Shown here: piece after piece, positions 27,409 through 29,320 of the stretch
How positions within the stretch are numbered: position 1 is the first letter of the stretch
Layout: every line of letters begins with the position of its first letter
Virus record (IMG/VR): IMGVR_UViG_3300014165_000013
Location: 1 to 29,320 of that record
From: a virus
Lineage: Duplodnaviria; Caudoviricetes
Reading direction: 5' to 3' (one strand)
DNA length: 29,320 nucleotides
Notes under the pieces: model-generated
Told to the model about the DNA's origin: nothing
The model's database searches: none
What the model saw: only the letters and a program-made list of their open reading frames with translations
Position numbers and translations under genes: made by a program

Positions 27409-29320
27409 TGTCCCCTGTTCTCACCACCCTCAAACCGCTCATTGTCACCTCCCCGGCGATTATTGGGCAATCCCTGTCCATCGACACCCAAGTTTTACCT
27501 CTTAGCATCCAAGCCGACACTTACGCTATCCCTTGGGTCGAGAACACGGAATTCTTCCCCGGTGACCAGATAGTAGATTCGAATGGGAATGTGCAGACGG
27601 CTACTGTTGATGGCGTCACTGGCTTAACGTCTCCCACTTGGTCAAGTGGGCAAGGAAATTTCACAACGGATGGTGCTCAAGTTTGGGTTCTCATTGGTGT
27701 TCCGGATACCACCCGCATCGAAGTCCTTATCTATGATGAAACTTTCACGTTCCTGAATTACACCCTGGGTTCCCAGACGACTCCTTTCCTGGAATCTTGG
27801 ACCACTTTCACAGGTGATATCAATGTGGATCCAACGATTCCTCAGACGCTTTTGCAGATTCGGGGTAGAAATTACGATCCTTCCCCCGGCGCGGTGTGGC
27901 AAGCCAACATCAACTATACAGTTGGCGCACAGATCATAGACAGCAACGGTAACGTGGAGACGGTTATCATAGCTGGAATTTCAGGGGCCGCTGTTCCTGT
28001 TTGGCCTCTTGGGATCGGAGTCCAGACGACGGATGGAGGAGCAACCGGCGCGGTTTGGATTATGACCGGTCTGCCGGCTCTAACCACTACCGTCCAAACC
28101 AATCTGATTTATTTCCAGTCAAGCGATGCAGTCCAGATTGGACCCCCTTCCGGTGTCACTGCCTACAAAGGGGCCACGTCTTGCCAACTTGAGTGGGCAC
28201 AACCAATGTTCCCTGGCACGCTAGGTGTTCAGGTGATGCTTTCCACTGATCCTACTGGCGTCAATGTCCCTTTTACACAGTTCGGGGATCTTGTTTACAA
28301 TGTAACGCGAACAGCCAACGTAATTATTTCGGAATCGAATCAATCTAGTACAGTTCCAAATGTCGAGACTCAGGATATCACCAATGTAGTGATAAATTCT
28401 CCAACATTAGCTACTTTGACCGTGGAAACTGGAACCGCTTTCCAGACCAACCAGCCAATCACTATTGCGAGTTTGACCGCAGCGCAAAACCTCCAGTTGA
28501 ACGGCACTTGGACAGTTTACGGGGCGACTCTCAGTACAGTTATAATCCAGGGTTCAGGTTGGACCGCGCACGGAGCGGTTGCTGATACTGGTACCGCGAC
28601 TCAAACTCTTACCACCAGCACTACAACTTTGACGACAACCCAGGAAACTCAAGAAGTTTCTTTCAGCTCGGTTGTGATAACTCCCGGTGACGTTCAGAAT
28701 GCCACGATATTCTACGCGATGTTGTCAGTGGTTGTCCAAGATCCTAACACAAACGTTGTGTTCCAGTCACAACAAAATGGTCCCATAACTTGTGGCTTTG
28801 TGAATCTGCAAGTCGTTAGTCCGACGGATTTCTTAGCCTTGCAACGCAAGGAAGATATCGCGGGTCGCCTTATTACATACATCACCAACCTTTATCCCGA
28901 TTTGGACTTGTCCCCGCGTTCGGAATTGCGAGATTTGATCATAGATCCAATCGCTTTAGAGCTAGCCAATATGTCGGTTCGTGAATGGTTTAGTCGGTGC
29001 GCCACTAGCATCTCGGCTATGAGCCAACTAGATGACACGACTGGCGATGGTTTTAGTGACCCATTCAGCCAATCACCGACCAAACAACAATTGGCCCGCG
29101 CTTATGGTTTAAGCGCCTCGGACACACAATCCCTCGTCGATACCCAGTTTGATATCCTGGGTGAACAAGCGGGTGTCACGCGGGGTACAGCGACGCCGGC
29201 AGTCGTAGAGTTGACGTTGTTCACGTACATAGAGCCAACATTGGCTGTTACTTTCCCACTGGGTGTTCAAGTAAGCACTGTGATGGATGCTAATACACCC
29301 GCGTTGACATTCGTCACAAC
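27408..29320 (+). CDS. Baseplate J/gp47-like wedge protein with long N-terminal CBM/FN3-like extension (3'-partial; absent from the ORF track)
   Basis: Manually translated open frame MSPVLTTLKP... to the window end. From about 28850, EDIAGRLITYITNLYPDLDLSPRSELRDLIIDPIALEL...FDILGEQAGVTRGTATPAVVELTL...VTFPLGVQVST matches the Baseplate J N-terminus. Confidence 0.82.
   Translation, partial: MSPVLTTLKPLIVTSPAIIGQSLSIDTQVLPLSIQADTYAIPWVENTEFFPGDQIVDSNGNVQTATVDGVTGLTSPTWSSGQGNFTTDGAQVWVLIGVPDTTRIEVLIYDETFTFLNYTLGSQTTPFLESWTTFTGDINVDPTIPQTLLQIRGRNYDPSPGAVWQANINYTVGAQIIDSNGNVETVIIAGISGAAVPVWPLGIGVQTTDGGATGAVWIMTGLPALTTTVQTNLIYFQSSDAVQIGPPSGVTAYKGATSCQLEWAQPMFPGTLGVQVMLSTDPTGVNVPFTQFGDLVYNVTRTANVIISESNQSSTVPNVETQDITNVVINSPTLATLTVETGTAFQTNQPITIASLTAAQNLQLNGTWTVYGATLSTVIIQGSGWTAHGAVADTGTATQTLTTSTTTLTTTQETQEVSFSSVVITPGDVQNATIFYAMLSVVVQDPNTNVVFQSQQNGPITCGFVNLQVVSPTDFLALQRKEDIAGRLITYITNLYPDLDLSPRSELRDLIIDPIALELANMSVREWFSRCATSISAMSQLDDTTGDGFSDPFSQSPTKQQLARAYGLSASDTQSLVDTQFDILGEQAGVTRGTATPAVVELTLFTYIEPTLAVTFPLGVQVSTVMDANTPALTFVT

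Larger units (their letters stand above)
1..29320. mobile_element. Segment of a large contractile-tailed phage genome (tail/baseplate module plus accessory island)
   Basis: Gene order is hub-spike-gp25-like-BaseplateJ with very large virion proteins, a GH24 lysozyme, a free-standing HNH and small orphan ORFs. No host housekeeping genes. TAATG stop/start overlaps at 1110, 2246, 7585, 23549, 26553 and 27408. Confidence 0.88.

Noticed and set aside
935-29083. Numerous short antisense or alternate-frame ORFs in the track nested within the long genes
   Set aside because: They are shadows of long coupled ORFs, with no motifs or translation signals.
1-29320. Bacterial eCIS/T6SS/tailocin locus
   Set aside because: The homing endonuclease, orphan small genes, giant virion proteins and lack of eCIS ATPase or T6SS membrane genes fit a large phage better.
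15529-29320. DGR variable repeats, inteins, introns or stop-codon recoding in structural genes
   Set aside because: No reverse transcriptase, adenine-variant repeat pair or intein termini were noticed, and genes are full length and abut under the standard code.

Overview
The window is part of a large lytic myovirus (jumbo-phage-like) genome. Two + strand, translationally coupled contractile-tail/baseplate operons (1-10491 and 15529-29320) encode two paralogous tube-initiator-like proteins, a baseplate hub, a spike, Ig/PA14/CBM-rich adhesins, a gp25-like protein and a Baseplate-J fusion that runs off the window. Between them is a ~5 kb accessory island with small membrane and HTH genes, a free-standing HNH endonuclease and two lysozyme-fold genes. 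The most striking element is a ~440 nt non-coding array at 11418-11856. It is built from NGYNN pentamers grouped into GGY-initiated blocks of 5n+1 nt (21/26/31) and is followed by a structured 3' RNA-like element; it is a candidate guide-type ncRNA array with no cognate effector visible in this window. Other oddities are a GATG peptide motif scattered over four virion proteins, a lysine-free acidic GH24 lysozyme, tandem perfect palindromes in a divergent promoter, and a candidate leaderless-promoter motif. All product calls come from manual motif recognition, not database searches.
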